From: Thermoleophilia bacterium UBA2241
GTDB taxonomy: Bacteria; Actinomycetota; Thermoleophilia; UBA2241
Direction of reading: 5' to 3'
Assembly: GCA_002347645.1 (NCBI GenBank)
Contig: DDYF01000060.1
Span: 38,663-102,662 of the forward strand
Length of the DNA stretch: 64,000 bases
This document shows, piece by piece, positions 53,462-61,050 of the stretch (position 1 is its first letter; each line of letters begins with the position of its first letter). The translations under genes were made by a program, and so were the position numbers. Under the pieces are notes generated by a model, which made no database searches, was not told the origin of the DNA, and worked only from the letters and a program-made list of their open reading frames with translations.

Positions 53462-53501
53462 GTTGCCATCGCTGGCAACGCATGTTGCCGACTCAGGCAA
53501 C
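53462..53501. promoter_or_regulatory. two adjacent 18-bp palindromes GTTGCC-N6-GGCAAC (53462-53479, 53484-53501)
   Basis: GTTGCCatcgctGGCAAC gcat GTTGCCgactcaGGCAAC, 57 nt upstream of ORF 53558. Confidence 0.8.
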
Positions 53502-53557
53502 AAGCGTCGTTCCGTCCGCTATGCATGATTGACTCAGGGCGTTGCATTTGACGCTGC

Positions 53558-54553
53558 ATGGCCGGCGAGACGCCCTACGCGGTGACGCAGGCCTCGGATC
53601 CGTCGAGCTACACCGGCAAGACGCGGGTCTCGGTCCTCAAGACCGTCGACGGGATGCCCTTCAGCGGGCCGGAGCTCACGTTCCAGCTCCGCCAGGGCGC
53701 CTCGATGACGTCGCTCGGCACGGTCCTCGAGGAGAAGAAGGCCAACGTCGGCAACGGCGGGCTCGTGAAGTTCGACACGCTGCTCCTGCCCGGGACCTAT
53801 CAGTTCGTGGAGCTGATCCCGGAGCACTACGTCCCCAGCTACGTGTGGGGCGACTATGGTGTCGAATGGTTCAGGCCCGGTTACGAGCCCGGCGAGGGCG
53901 GCGAGGACCCGGTGATCTGGGTCGCCGTCAACTTCACCGTGAACGCCGACGGCACGATCGACTTCCAGAACGGTCAGCAGCTCGTGCAGCCCGGCGACAG
54001 CATCGACATCGACAACCAGACCGGCCAGATGCCGTTCACCATCGGCTACTGGAAGAACCACTCGTCGGCCGCGGCCAACAACGGCGGCCAGGAGCCGGTG
54101 CTCGACCAGATGCTCTACAAGGCCACACAGGCCGGCCAGACCATCCAGATCGGCACGCTGCCGCTGCCGGGAGGGGCCACGCCTGACGATGCCGGTGCAT
54201 CGGCGCTCAAGGCGACCAGGCTGCTCAACAAGTCCACCGTGGTAACGAACAAGAAGAAGGCCAGCGACCCGTGCTGGAACCTGGCGGCGCAGCTGATGGG
54301 CTACCGGCTGAACCAGCCGTTCGGCGCCTGGATGAACCCGACGGCGGACCTCGCCGCTTCCACCTCGCAGACGATGCTTGTGAACGTCAAGTTCAACGGC
54401 GAGAGCTACACGAAGTTCTCGACCAACAAGACGACAGTGGCCCAGTGGACCGCCAACATGAACTACCTGGCGAAGACGCTCGACGCCTACAACAACGGCA
54501 CGCTGCCCCTGGGGCAGGCGCTCGTGATGCCGTACCCGAACGTCGGCTACTGA
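53558..54553 (+). CDS. hypothetical protein (no confidently recognised family; N-terminal prealbumin/Cna-B-like stretch)
   Basis: 331 aa, Asn/Thr/Gln-rich, LLLPGTYQFVELIPEHYVPSY resembles Cna-B-type fold; no signal peptide; native-like GC3. Confidence 0.5.
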   Translation: MAGETPYAVTQASDPSSYTGKTRVSVLKTVDGMPFSGPELTFQLRQGASMTSLGTVLEEKKANVGNGGLVKFDTLLLPGTYQFVELIPEHYVPSYVWGDYGVEWFRPGYEPGEGGEDPVIWVAVNFTVNADGTIDFQNGQQLVQPGDSIDIDNQTGQMPFTIGYWKNHSSAAANNGGQEPVLDQMLYKATQAGQTIQIGTLPLPGGATPDDAGASALKATRLLNKSTVVTNKKKASDPCWNLAAQLMGYRLNQPFGAWMNPTADLAASTSQTMLVNVKFNGESYTKFSTNKTTVAQWTANMNYLAKTLDAYNNGTLPLGQALVMPYPNVGY

Positions 54554-54593
54554 GCGTCGGACCAGCCGCGTGACGCGGCAGCGCTGAACGCCG

Positions 54594-54625
54594 AGGGGGG
54601 GCGGGCCGCAAGGCCCGCCCCCCTC
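54594..54625. terminator. bidirectional stem-loop between convergent genes
   Basis: GAGGGGGGCGGGCC-gcaa-GGCCCGCCCCCCTC followed by CTCTCTCT. Confidence 0.6.
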
Positions 54626-54652
54626 CTCTCTCTGCCATCGCCAGAGCGCGGC

Positions 54653-55159
54653 TCAGCCGCGCTGCGGCGAGACGTCGATCTCGCTCGTCACCCAACCGCC
54701 GTGGGAATCGCCCTCGATCGGCGTGACCTGCTCGTCGTCGACGTAGCAGGCGTCCATGCGGGCGGGGATGAAGGCCACGTAGCCGGCGAGCTCCTCGTAG
54801 CCCGCCGCCGGCCACGGGTGCTCCCAGGCGGCGTCGCGCGCCAGACGGTCGCCGACCCTGACGTCGAAGTAGGCCGCCATGCCCCGGAACACGCACCAGG
54901 TGTGCAGGCCGGAGCGCACGAGCCGGTCGCGGCGCAGGTCGGCCGAGGGGATGAAGTAGAGCGGCGGCCGCCCGGTCTCGAGAAAGCGCAGGGCGCGCCG
55001 CGTGTCGGCGACCACGAGGCCGCTCAGCATGACCCACGCGCGCCGCGTCGTGCGCTCCACGCGCGGAGGGCGCGGGTACTCCCAGACAGATTCGCCCCCC
55101 GACCCGGAGAGCGGCCGGCCGGGCACGTCTCTCCACGTCCTGTCGTCCGTCGAGTCCAT
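54653..55159 (-). CDS. DUF427-like protein
   Basis: SVWEYPRPP...PPLYFIP...TWCVFRGMAAYFDV pattern recalled for DUF427; assignment from memory only. Confidence 0.4.
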   Translation of the reverse strand: MDSTDDRTWRDVPGRPLSGSGGESVWEYPRPPRVERTTRRAWVMLSGLVVADTRRALRFLETGRPPLYFIPSADLRRDRLVRSGLHTWCVFRGMAAYFDVRVGDRLARDAAWEHPWPAAGYEELAGYVAFIPARMDACYVDDEQVTPIEGDSHGGWVTSEIDVSPQRG

Positions 55160-55254
55160 GCCTCCCCGGCCTTTACACGCCTCTGCACGCAGCCTAGCAT
55201 GGTGTGAAGTCCGGCGTGCAGAGGGCGGCCCACCCGCCCGGTCAGGAGGAGCAC

Positions 55255-56154
55255 ATGCTCTGGGTCACTCTCGGCGTAGTTGTCGTCATCGTGGCGCTTC
55301 TCGCCGGCGGCATCCGCATCGTGCGGCCCACGCACCGCGGACTCGTAGAGCGGCTGGGCAAGTACAACCGCTTCTCGAACCCCGGCTTCCACTGGATCAT
55401 CCCGCTCATCGAGCAGATGTACCAGGTCGACATCCGCGAGACGCTGGTCGAGGCGCAGCCGCAGACGATCATCACCAACGACAACCTCAACGCGCGCGTC
55501 GACGCGCAGGTCTACCTCAAGGTCAAGCCGGACGAAGAGAACGTCAAGGCGTCGCAGTACAACGTCGCCAACTACGAGTACCAGATCGTCAATCTGGCGC
55601 GCACGACCCTGAGGAACATCATCGGCACGCTCAGCCTCAAGTCGGCGAACAGCGAGCGCGGCCGCATCAACGACGAGCTTCGCCGCACGCTGCGCGTCGA
55701 GACGGCCAGCTGGGGCATCGAGATCCTGCGCACTGAGCTGAAGGAGATCGACCCGCCGGCGGACGTGCAAGACACCATGAACAAGGTCGTCAAGGCCGAG
55801 AACGAGAAGATCGCCGCCATCGACTACGCGACGGCCACCGAGACACAGGCCGACGGCGCGCGCCGCGCCTCGATCAAGCAGGCCGAGGGGGTCAAGCGCG
55901 CGCGCGTCCTGCAGGCCGAGGGCGAGGCCGAGGCCATCAAGCTGGTCAACGAGGCCGCGGACAAGTACTTCGTCGGCAACGCCCAGGTGCTGCGCCGCCT
56001 CGAGATGGTGGAGCGCGCGCTGCGCGACAACGCGAAAGTGGTGGTGCCCGGCGGGACCGAGCTGGTCAACGTCATCGGCGACCTCGGCGGCGTCCTGCCG
56101 CTGGGCAAGCCGGCCGGCGCCGCGGCGAAGCCGGCGGCGCCGGCGAAGAAGTAG
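55255..56154 (+). CDS. SPFH/band-7 (stomatin/prohibitin-like) membrane protein
   Basis: N-terminal TM then SPFH domain, C-terminal coiled coil and Ala/Lys/Pro tail; RBS AGGAGGAG. Confidence 0.8.
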   Translation: MLWVTLGVVVVIVALLAGGIRIVRPTHRGLVERLGKYNRFSNPGFHWIIPLIEQMYQVDIRETLVEAQPQTIITNDNLNARVDAQVYLKVKPDEENVKASQYNVANYEYQIVNLARTTLRNIIGTLSLKSANSERGRINDELRRTLRVETASWGIEILRTELKEIDPPADVQDTMNKVVKAENEKIAAIDYATATETQADGARRASIKQAEGVKRARVLQAEGEAEAIKLVNEAADKYFVGNAQVLRRLEMVERALRDNAKVVVPGGTELVNVIGDLGGVLPLGKPAGAAAKPAAPAKK

Positions 56155-56178
56155 GGGGCGGGCGGGGGGCTGTCGCCC

Positions 56179-56640
56179 CTAGTCGCGCAGCGGCACGATC
56201 AGCAGCGGCACCCGGCTGCGATGCACGAGCCGGTACGAGGTCGAGCCCAGCAGCGCGCCGGAGATCGCGCCCTCGCCGTGCGTGCCGACGGCGATGAAGT
56301 CGGCCTGGTGTCTGCCGGCCGCGTCGAGCAGAGCGTCGACCGCGTGCTCGGCGGCGACCTCGATCTCGGCCTCGACGCCGGCGCTGCGCAGCTCGACCGC
56401 CGCCTCCTCCGCCTGGGCGCGCGCCGACTGCTCCAGCATGTCCACGTGCTGCTGGAGCTCTGGCCCCATGAGCATCGGCGACGTGGTCATGCCGGGTGGC
56501 ACGTACCCCACGCTGAGCGGGTAGGCGACCACCACGACGACTTTGCCGCCGCGCGTCTCTTGGAGGATGTCGGTGCAGCGCGCGAGTGCGGCCTTCGCAC
56601 ACGCCGAGCCGTCGTAGCCGAGCACGATGGTGAGTGCCAT
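56179..56640 (-). CDS. uspA: universal stress protein
   Basis: UspA fold, ATP-binding GTHGEGAISGALLGST. Confidence 0.8.
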   Translation of the reverse strand: MALTIVLGYDGSACAKAALARCTDILQETRGGKVVVVVAYPLSVGYVPPGMTTSPMLMGPELQQHVDMLEQSARAQAEEAAVELRSAGVEAEIEVAAEHAVDALLDAAGRHQADFIAVGTHGEGAISGALLGSTSYRLVHRSRVPLLIVPLRD

Positions 56641-56798
56641 GGCGCCTCCCTTCGTCGAAGACCCTCGACCTCTGCCTGAGGGTCATGCTTGCCCTGCATA
56701 CCCTCGAGGTACCAGCGACGCCGGGGGTTTCGCCCGGCGGCCTCGAGCGGGGCTTCCACCTGCGGCCTCGAGCAACGGCTCCGAAGGTCCCGTGCCTG

Positions 56799-57656
56799 CT
56801 ACATACCCTGTTTCGCGGCCACGTCCTCATGGCGCCAGAGCAGGCCGCGGCCGGGGGCGAAGAGGAAGGCGAACACGAACAGCGCCGTGGCTGTGAGCAC
56901 GATCGCGGCGCCCGAGGCCACGTCGGCGTAGTAGCTCACGTACAGACCGACGAGGCTCGACAGGACGCCGAGCGCGGCCGCCACGGCCATCATCGCCGGC
57001 AGGCGGCGCGTCAGCAGCGACGCCGTGGCCGCCGGAGTGACGAGCATGGCGGCCACCAGGCCGACGCCCACCGTCTGCAGCGAGACGACGATGGTCAGGG
57101 CCAGCAGCACCAGCATGAGCGCGCGCATGAGCTCGGGCCGGCGCCCGAGCGTGTGCGCGAGCACCGGGTCGAACGCCGCCAGCACGAACTCCTTGTAGAG
57201 CGCGAAGAGGACGACGAGCACCAGCGTCGTCAGCCCCGCGGTCAGCCACAGGTCGGTGGCCGTCACACCGAGGACGTTGCCGAAGAGGATGTGCGTGAGG
57301 TCGGTCGCGTACGTGCCCGCCGTGCTGATGAGCAGTACGCCGAGCGAGAGCGCGGCGGCGAACAGGATGCCGATCGCCGTGTCTTCGCGGACCGTCCCGC
57401 CGCGCGAGAAGAAGCCGATGCCGAAGGCCACGACGAGCGCGGCGACGAGGGCGCCGGCCACGAGGTTCGCGCCCAGAAGGTAGGCGATCGCGATGCCGGG
57501 GAGGACGGCGTGCGCCAGCGCGTCGCCGAGAAAGGCCATCGAGCGCAGGACGACGAAGCAGCCGAGCACCGAGCACACGACGCCGACGATCAGCGATGCC
57601 GCCAGGGCGCGTTGCATGAAGAGCAGCGTGAACGGTTCCGCCAGCCAGTCGGTCAC
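56799..57656 (-). CDS. znuB: Mn/Zn ABC transporter permease (ABC-3 family)
   Basis: GTG 57656 overlapping znuC stop; multi-TM ABC-3 permease. Confidence 0.8.
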   Translation of the reverse strand: MTDWLAEPFTLLFMQRALAASLIVGVVCSVLGCFVVLRSMAFLGDALAHAVLPGIAIAYLLGANLVAGALVAALVVAFGIGFFSRGGTVREDTAIGILFAAALSLGVLLISTAGTYATDLTHILFGNVLGVTATDLWLTAGLTTLVLVVLFALYKEFVLAAFDPVLAHTLGRRPELMRALMLVLLALTIVVSLQTVGVGLVAAMLVTPAATASLLTRRLPAMMAVAAALGVLSSLVGLYVSYYADVASGAAIVLTATALFVFAFLFAPGRGLLWRHEDVAAKQGM

Positions 57657-58456
57657 GGGGCGTGTCCTTCGGCCCCGGTGCCGCCGTGGCCGGGGCAGCA
57701 CTGGTCGATGACGACCATGTCGTCGAGGAAGAGCGCCTGCCCGCCGAAGGCGGCGGTGACGTGCGGCGGCGTGAAGACCTCGGCCGGCGGGCCGTAGGCG
57801 ACCAGCCGGCCGTTCAGCAGCGCGACCAGCTCGAAGCGCTGCGACGCGGTCTGCATGTCGTGGGTCGAGACGAGCACCGTGATCCCCTCGGCGCGCAGGC
57901 GGGCGAGCAGCGCGAGGACCTCCTCCTTGGCGCGCGCGTCGACGCCCGTGAACGGCTCGTCGAGGAGCAGCACGTGCGGCTCCTGGGCGAGCGCGCGGGC
58001 GAGAAAGGCGCGCTGCTGCTGCCCGCCCGAGAGCTCGCCGATCGGGCGGCCGGCGAGGTCGGTGATGCCGAGCTGCTCGAGGCTCCGGCGCACGGCCTCG
58101 CGGTCGGCCGGCCTCGGCCGCTTCAACGGCCCGAGCCGGCCGTAGCGGCCCATCATCACGACGTCGGCCACCGTCACGGGGAAGCGCCAGTCGACCTCCT
58201 CGCGCTGGGGGACGTAGGCGACCGGGTCTGTCTGGTCGTTCGGCGGCCGCCCGTGGATGAGCACCCGGCCGCCGCGCGGGCGCAGCAGCCCGACCATCGC
58301 CTTGAACAGCGTCGACTTGCCCGCGCCGTTGGGCCCGACGACGGCGACCTGCGCCCCGTGGGGGACGACGAAGGACACGTCGTTCAAGGCCGGGGCACCG
58401 TTGTAGCCGACCGTCAGCCCCTCGATGAGCAAGACGCCAGACCCGTTGCCGCTCAT
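57653..58456 (-). CDS. znuC: Mn/Zn ABC transporter ATP-binding protein
   Basis: GPNGAGKST, LSGGQQQRAFLA, LLLDEP. Confidence 0.85.
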   Translation of the reverse strand: MSGNGSGVLLIEGLTVGYNGAPALNDVSFVVPHGAQVAVVGPNGAGKSTLFKAMVGLLRPRGGRVLIHGRPPNDQTDPVAYVPQREEVDWRFPVTVADVVMMGRYGRLGPLKRPRPADREAVRRSLEQLGITDLAGRPIGELSGGQQQRAFLARALAQEPHVLLLDEPFTGVDARAKEEVLALLARLRAEGITVLVSTHDMQTASQRFELVALLNGRLVAYGPPAEVFTPPHVTAAFGGQALFLDDMVVIDQCCPGHGGTGAEGHAP

Positions 58457-59364
58457 CGCAGCGCCTCGACGATCTTCCGCGTGTCGTACTTCATCATCGC
58501 GATGTAGGTGGCGGCCCCGCCCCCCGGTCCGCTCAGGGAGTGGTCGCGCAGGTCGTCCACCACGGTGATGCCCGTCTCGGCGGCGATCTGCGTCGCGAGA
58601 TCGGGGCTCTGACCGAGCTCGACGAACACCGCCTTCGCGCCGGTCTCGCGCACGGCGCGCGTGAGCTCAGCGAGCTGTCGTGCCGTGGGCTCTTCCGCGG
58701 TGCCGACGCTGGGGATCACGGCGCCGACCACGGCGAACCCGTAGCGGTCGGCGTAGTAGCCGTGGCTGACATGGTTCATGACGAGCAGCCGCTGGTCGGC
58801 GGGGACGGTCTCGACCTGCGCCGCGATCCAGTGGTCGAGGGCGCGCAGTTCGTCGACATAGGCGGCCGCGTTCGCCTCGTACACGGCCGTCCCGTCCGGG
58901 TCGGCCGCGGCGAACGCGTCGCGGATGGTCGCCACGTAGCTCTCGACCAGAGTGGGGTCGAGCCAGAAGTGCGGGTCGGGCTCGTGGGCAGTGCCTCCCG
59001 GCTCGCCCGACTGGGGGGTGCGCGTCGTCAGGCCGGCCGAGGCCTCGACGACGCGCACGTCGCCGCCGGCCGCTCGCACCGCCTCTTCGAGCGTGCGCTC
59101 GAGGCCGGCGCCGTTGACGATGAAGAGGTCGGCGCCGGCGATGTCGGTCAGGTCGCGCGGCGTGAGCTCGAAGCTGTGCAGGTCGGCGTCGCGCGGCACC
59201 AGCGCGCGGACCGCGAAGCGGTCGCCGGCGACCTGCTGGGCGATGTCGGCGAGAAAGGTCGCCGAAGCGACGACGTCCAGGCGGCCGCCCTGCGCGGCAT
59301 CGTCCTCGCCGCATCCGGCCGCCGCCGCCAGCAGCGCCAGGCCGCAGAGCACGGCGAGGAACAT
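58453..59364 (-). CDS. znuA: Zn/Mn ABC transporter substrate-binding lipoprotein (TroA/ZnuA family)
   Basis: Lipobox LLAAAAGC; cluster-9 SBP metal-ligand His context (DLHSFE, HEPDPHFWLDP). Confidence 0.8.
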   Translation of the reverse strand: MFLAVLCGLALLAAAAGCGEDDAAQGGRLDVVASATFLADIAQQVAGDRFAVRALVPRDADLHSFELTPRDLTDIAGADLFIVNGAGLERTLEEAVRAAGGDVRVVEASAGLTTRTPQSGEPGGTAHEPDPHFWLDPTLVESYVATIRDAFAAADPDGTAVYEANAAAYVDELRALDHWIAAQVETVPADQRLLVMNHVSHGYYADRYGFAVVGAVIPSVGTAEEPTARQLAELTRAVRETGAKAVFVELGQSPDLATQIAAETGITVVDDLRDHSLSGPGGGAATYIAMMKYDTRKIVEALR

Positions 59365-59383
59365 GCGCACGCCCCGCCGCGTT

Positions 59384-59440
59384 CGCCTCACGCCCGGCCT
59401 GCGCCTCACGTCCGGCCTGCGCCTCACGCCTTGGCCCGCC
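59384..59440. repeat. 2.5 tandem copies of 18-bp unit CGCCTCACG(C/T)CCGGCCTG between zur and znuA (third copy overlaps zur 3' end)
   Basis: 59384-59401, 59402-59419, partial 59420-59440. Confidence 0.8.
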
Positions 59441-59891
59441 GACGTGCGGGTCTGCCGCGGTCCGGCGCCGCGCCGCACTCGGCGCAGAGCCCGCTCAGTT
59501 GCAGGAAGTGCCCGGTGATGCGGTAGCCCGTCTCGCGGCTCGCCGCGGCGAGCACGACGGCCATGTCGCAGTCGGTGAACTCGGTGACGCGGCCGCACGC
59601 GCTGCAGACGACGGAATGCCCGTGCTCGGCCGAGGCGGGGACGAGGCGCTCACAGCCGGATGGCCCGTGGATCCGTCGCAACGCGCCGATCTCGTCGAGC
59701 AGTTCGAGTGTCCGGTAGACGGTGGTGAGGCCGAGGTCGGGGCAGGAGGCCCGGGCCTGCTGGAACACGTCCAGTGGGCTGAGGCACGACCGCGACGCCG
59801 CGACGGCGTCGACGACGGCACGACGCTGCCGGGTCAGCCGAAGACCGCGCGCGGCGAGCTCAGCGACGACCGCGTCCGCATCCAGCGCCAT
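59424..59891 (-). CDS. zur: Fur-family zinc uptake regulator
   Basis: Fur fold with HGHSVVCSACG and CAEC zinc sites; directly upstream of znuACB on same strand. Confidence 0.8.
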   Translation of the reverse strand: MALDADAVVAELAARGLRLTRQRRAVVDAVAASRSCLSPLDVFQQARASCPDLGLTTVYRTLELLDEIGALRRIHGPSGCERLVPASAEHGHSVVCSACGRVTEFTDCDMAVVLAAASRETGYRITGHFLQLSGLCAECGAAPDRGRPARRRAKA

Positions 59892-59915
59892 GCCGTGTGC
59901 ATCCCTTCCTGAAAG

Positions 59916-59930
59916 TGAAAACCGTTTTCA
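59916..59930. promoter_or_regulatory. Zur box TGAAAACCGTTTTCA (7-1-7 palindrome) 25 nt upstream of zur start
   Basis: Perfect palindrome matching actinobacterial Zur/Fur-box half sites TGAAAA...TTTTCA. Confidence 0.7.
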
Positions 59931-59979
59931 AGAGGAGTGCAGGGTAGCACGCGGGCGGGGGCGGCACAACGTGTGCGCG

Positions 59980-60726
59980 TCAGTCCTTGCGCGCGAGCGG
60001 GCAGGCGGCGATGCAGATGCCGCAGATGTGACGTGTGAACGCCGTGTGGTTCGCGTTCATGTAGCGGTCGCAGGCGGCGGCGTCGAAGAGGTCGTCGCGG
60101 CTCATGCCGGCGCGCCAGTCGACGTCGCGCCCACACCCGGCGGGGCAGGCGGCGACGCAGGCCCGGCAGGCGCCGCAGAGGCCCTCGGTCACCGGGTCGC
60201 CGGGAGGCAGCTCCAGGTCGGTGAACACGGTGGCCAGGCGAACGGCCGGACCGAACTGCGATGAGACGAAGAGCGCCGTCTTGCCGATCCAGCCGAGCCC
60301 TGCCCGTGTCGCCGCCGACTTGTGCGAGAAGAAGGCGCCGGGGTCGGCGACGGCGCGAGAGGCGTCCTCGGCCGTCGCAGGCAGGGCGACGGCCCGGCAG
60401 CCGCGCTCGCGCAGCAGGTCGGCGAGCGCCTCCGTGGCGGCGTTGAGGGCGGTGTTGAGGCGGTCGTACTCGTCGCAGTACTCCTGGGTGGGGCCGTTCC
60501 GGATGCCGCGCACGACGGCGGGCCTGACGCTCATGAGGATCGGCAGGGCGCGCGGCAGGTCCGGAGCACCCGGGAGGGACGGGTCGTTGCCCGCCACGCC
60601 CCACGCCTCGACGCCCTGCGCGCGCAGGAACTGGCCGATGACGTGTCGATCGAGCGTGTTGATCATCTCGTTGAGATCCCGTCGACGACGGCGTCGTCCA
60701 CTCGGGGCCCGTGTCCATGCTCGCAT
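59980..60726 (-). CDS. QueG/reductive-dehalogenase-like 4Fe-4S protein, short form (no N-terminal cobalamin domain)
   Basis: GLGWIGKTALFV plus two ferredoxin-like motifs CGACRACVAACP and CGICIAACP; alternative start 60666 after an Arg6 run. Confidence 0.45.
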   Translation of the reverse strand: MRAWTRAPSGRRRRRRDLNEMINTLDRHVIGQFLRAQGVEAWGVAGNDPSLPGAPDLPRALPILMSVRPAVVRGIRNGPTQEYCDEYDRLNTALNAATEALADLLRERGCRAVALPATAEDASRAVADPGAFFSHKSAATRAGLGWIGKTALFVSSQFGPAVRLATVFTDLELPPGDPVTEGLCGACRACVAACPAGCGRDVDWRAGMSRDDLFDAAACDRYMNANHTAFTRHICGICIAACPLARKD

Positions 60727-60886
60727 CCCGACGTCCCGCGCCGCAATGGACCCGCGAGCCGACGAGGCTCGTGCGGCTTAGCCGTTCTGGACAGCCGCGT
60801 GCCTCACGCCGACGGAAGTGAGGGTTTATCCCTATCAAAAGAGTGTAAACTACGGTCCAGGCGACCTGCGAGAGGAGGTGAGATCG

Positions 60887-60949
60887 ATGGGACCTGTCCC
60901 TTACCTGTACTACTGGGTGAAGCGCGAAGAGCGTCGGCGCCGCAGGTAG
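60887..60949 (+). CDS. candidate 20-codon small ORF MGPVPYLYYWVKREERRRRR
   Basis: RBS GAGGAGGTG 6-8 nt upstream, AT-rich promoter-like GTTTAT-16-TAAACT at 60825-60852, hairpin 60992-61024 downstream. Confidence 0.25.
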   Translation: MGPVPYLYYWVKREERRRRR

Positions 60950-60991
60950 ACGACGAGCGATGAACGCTGAAACCGACATCAGCTTGACGGC

Positions 60992-61024
60992 GAGGGGGAC
61001 GGTCCCGATGGGACCGTCCCCCTC
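60992..61024. terminator. perfect 15-bp stem / 3-nt loop hairpin immediately downstream of copA stop
   Basis: GAGGGGGACGGTCCC-GAT-GGGACCGTCCCCCTC. Confidence 0.6.
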
Positions 61025-61050
61025 TCGCGCGCGGGGCCGGCCCGCGATCG

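Noticed and set aside
56692-56812. Repeated CATACCCT motif in the uspA upstream region as an operator
   Set aside because: There are only two short (8-nt) copies and one overlaps the znuB stop. That is too weak to distinguish from chance.
59384-59440. CRISPR array
   Set aside because: Only 2.5 directly abutting 18-bp units with no spacers, and partly within the zur coding end. It is not CRISPR architecture, and no cas genes are present.
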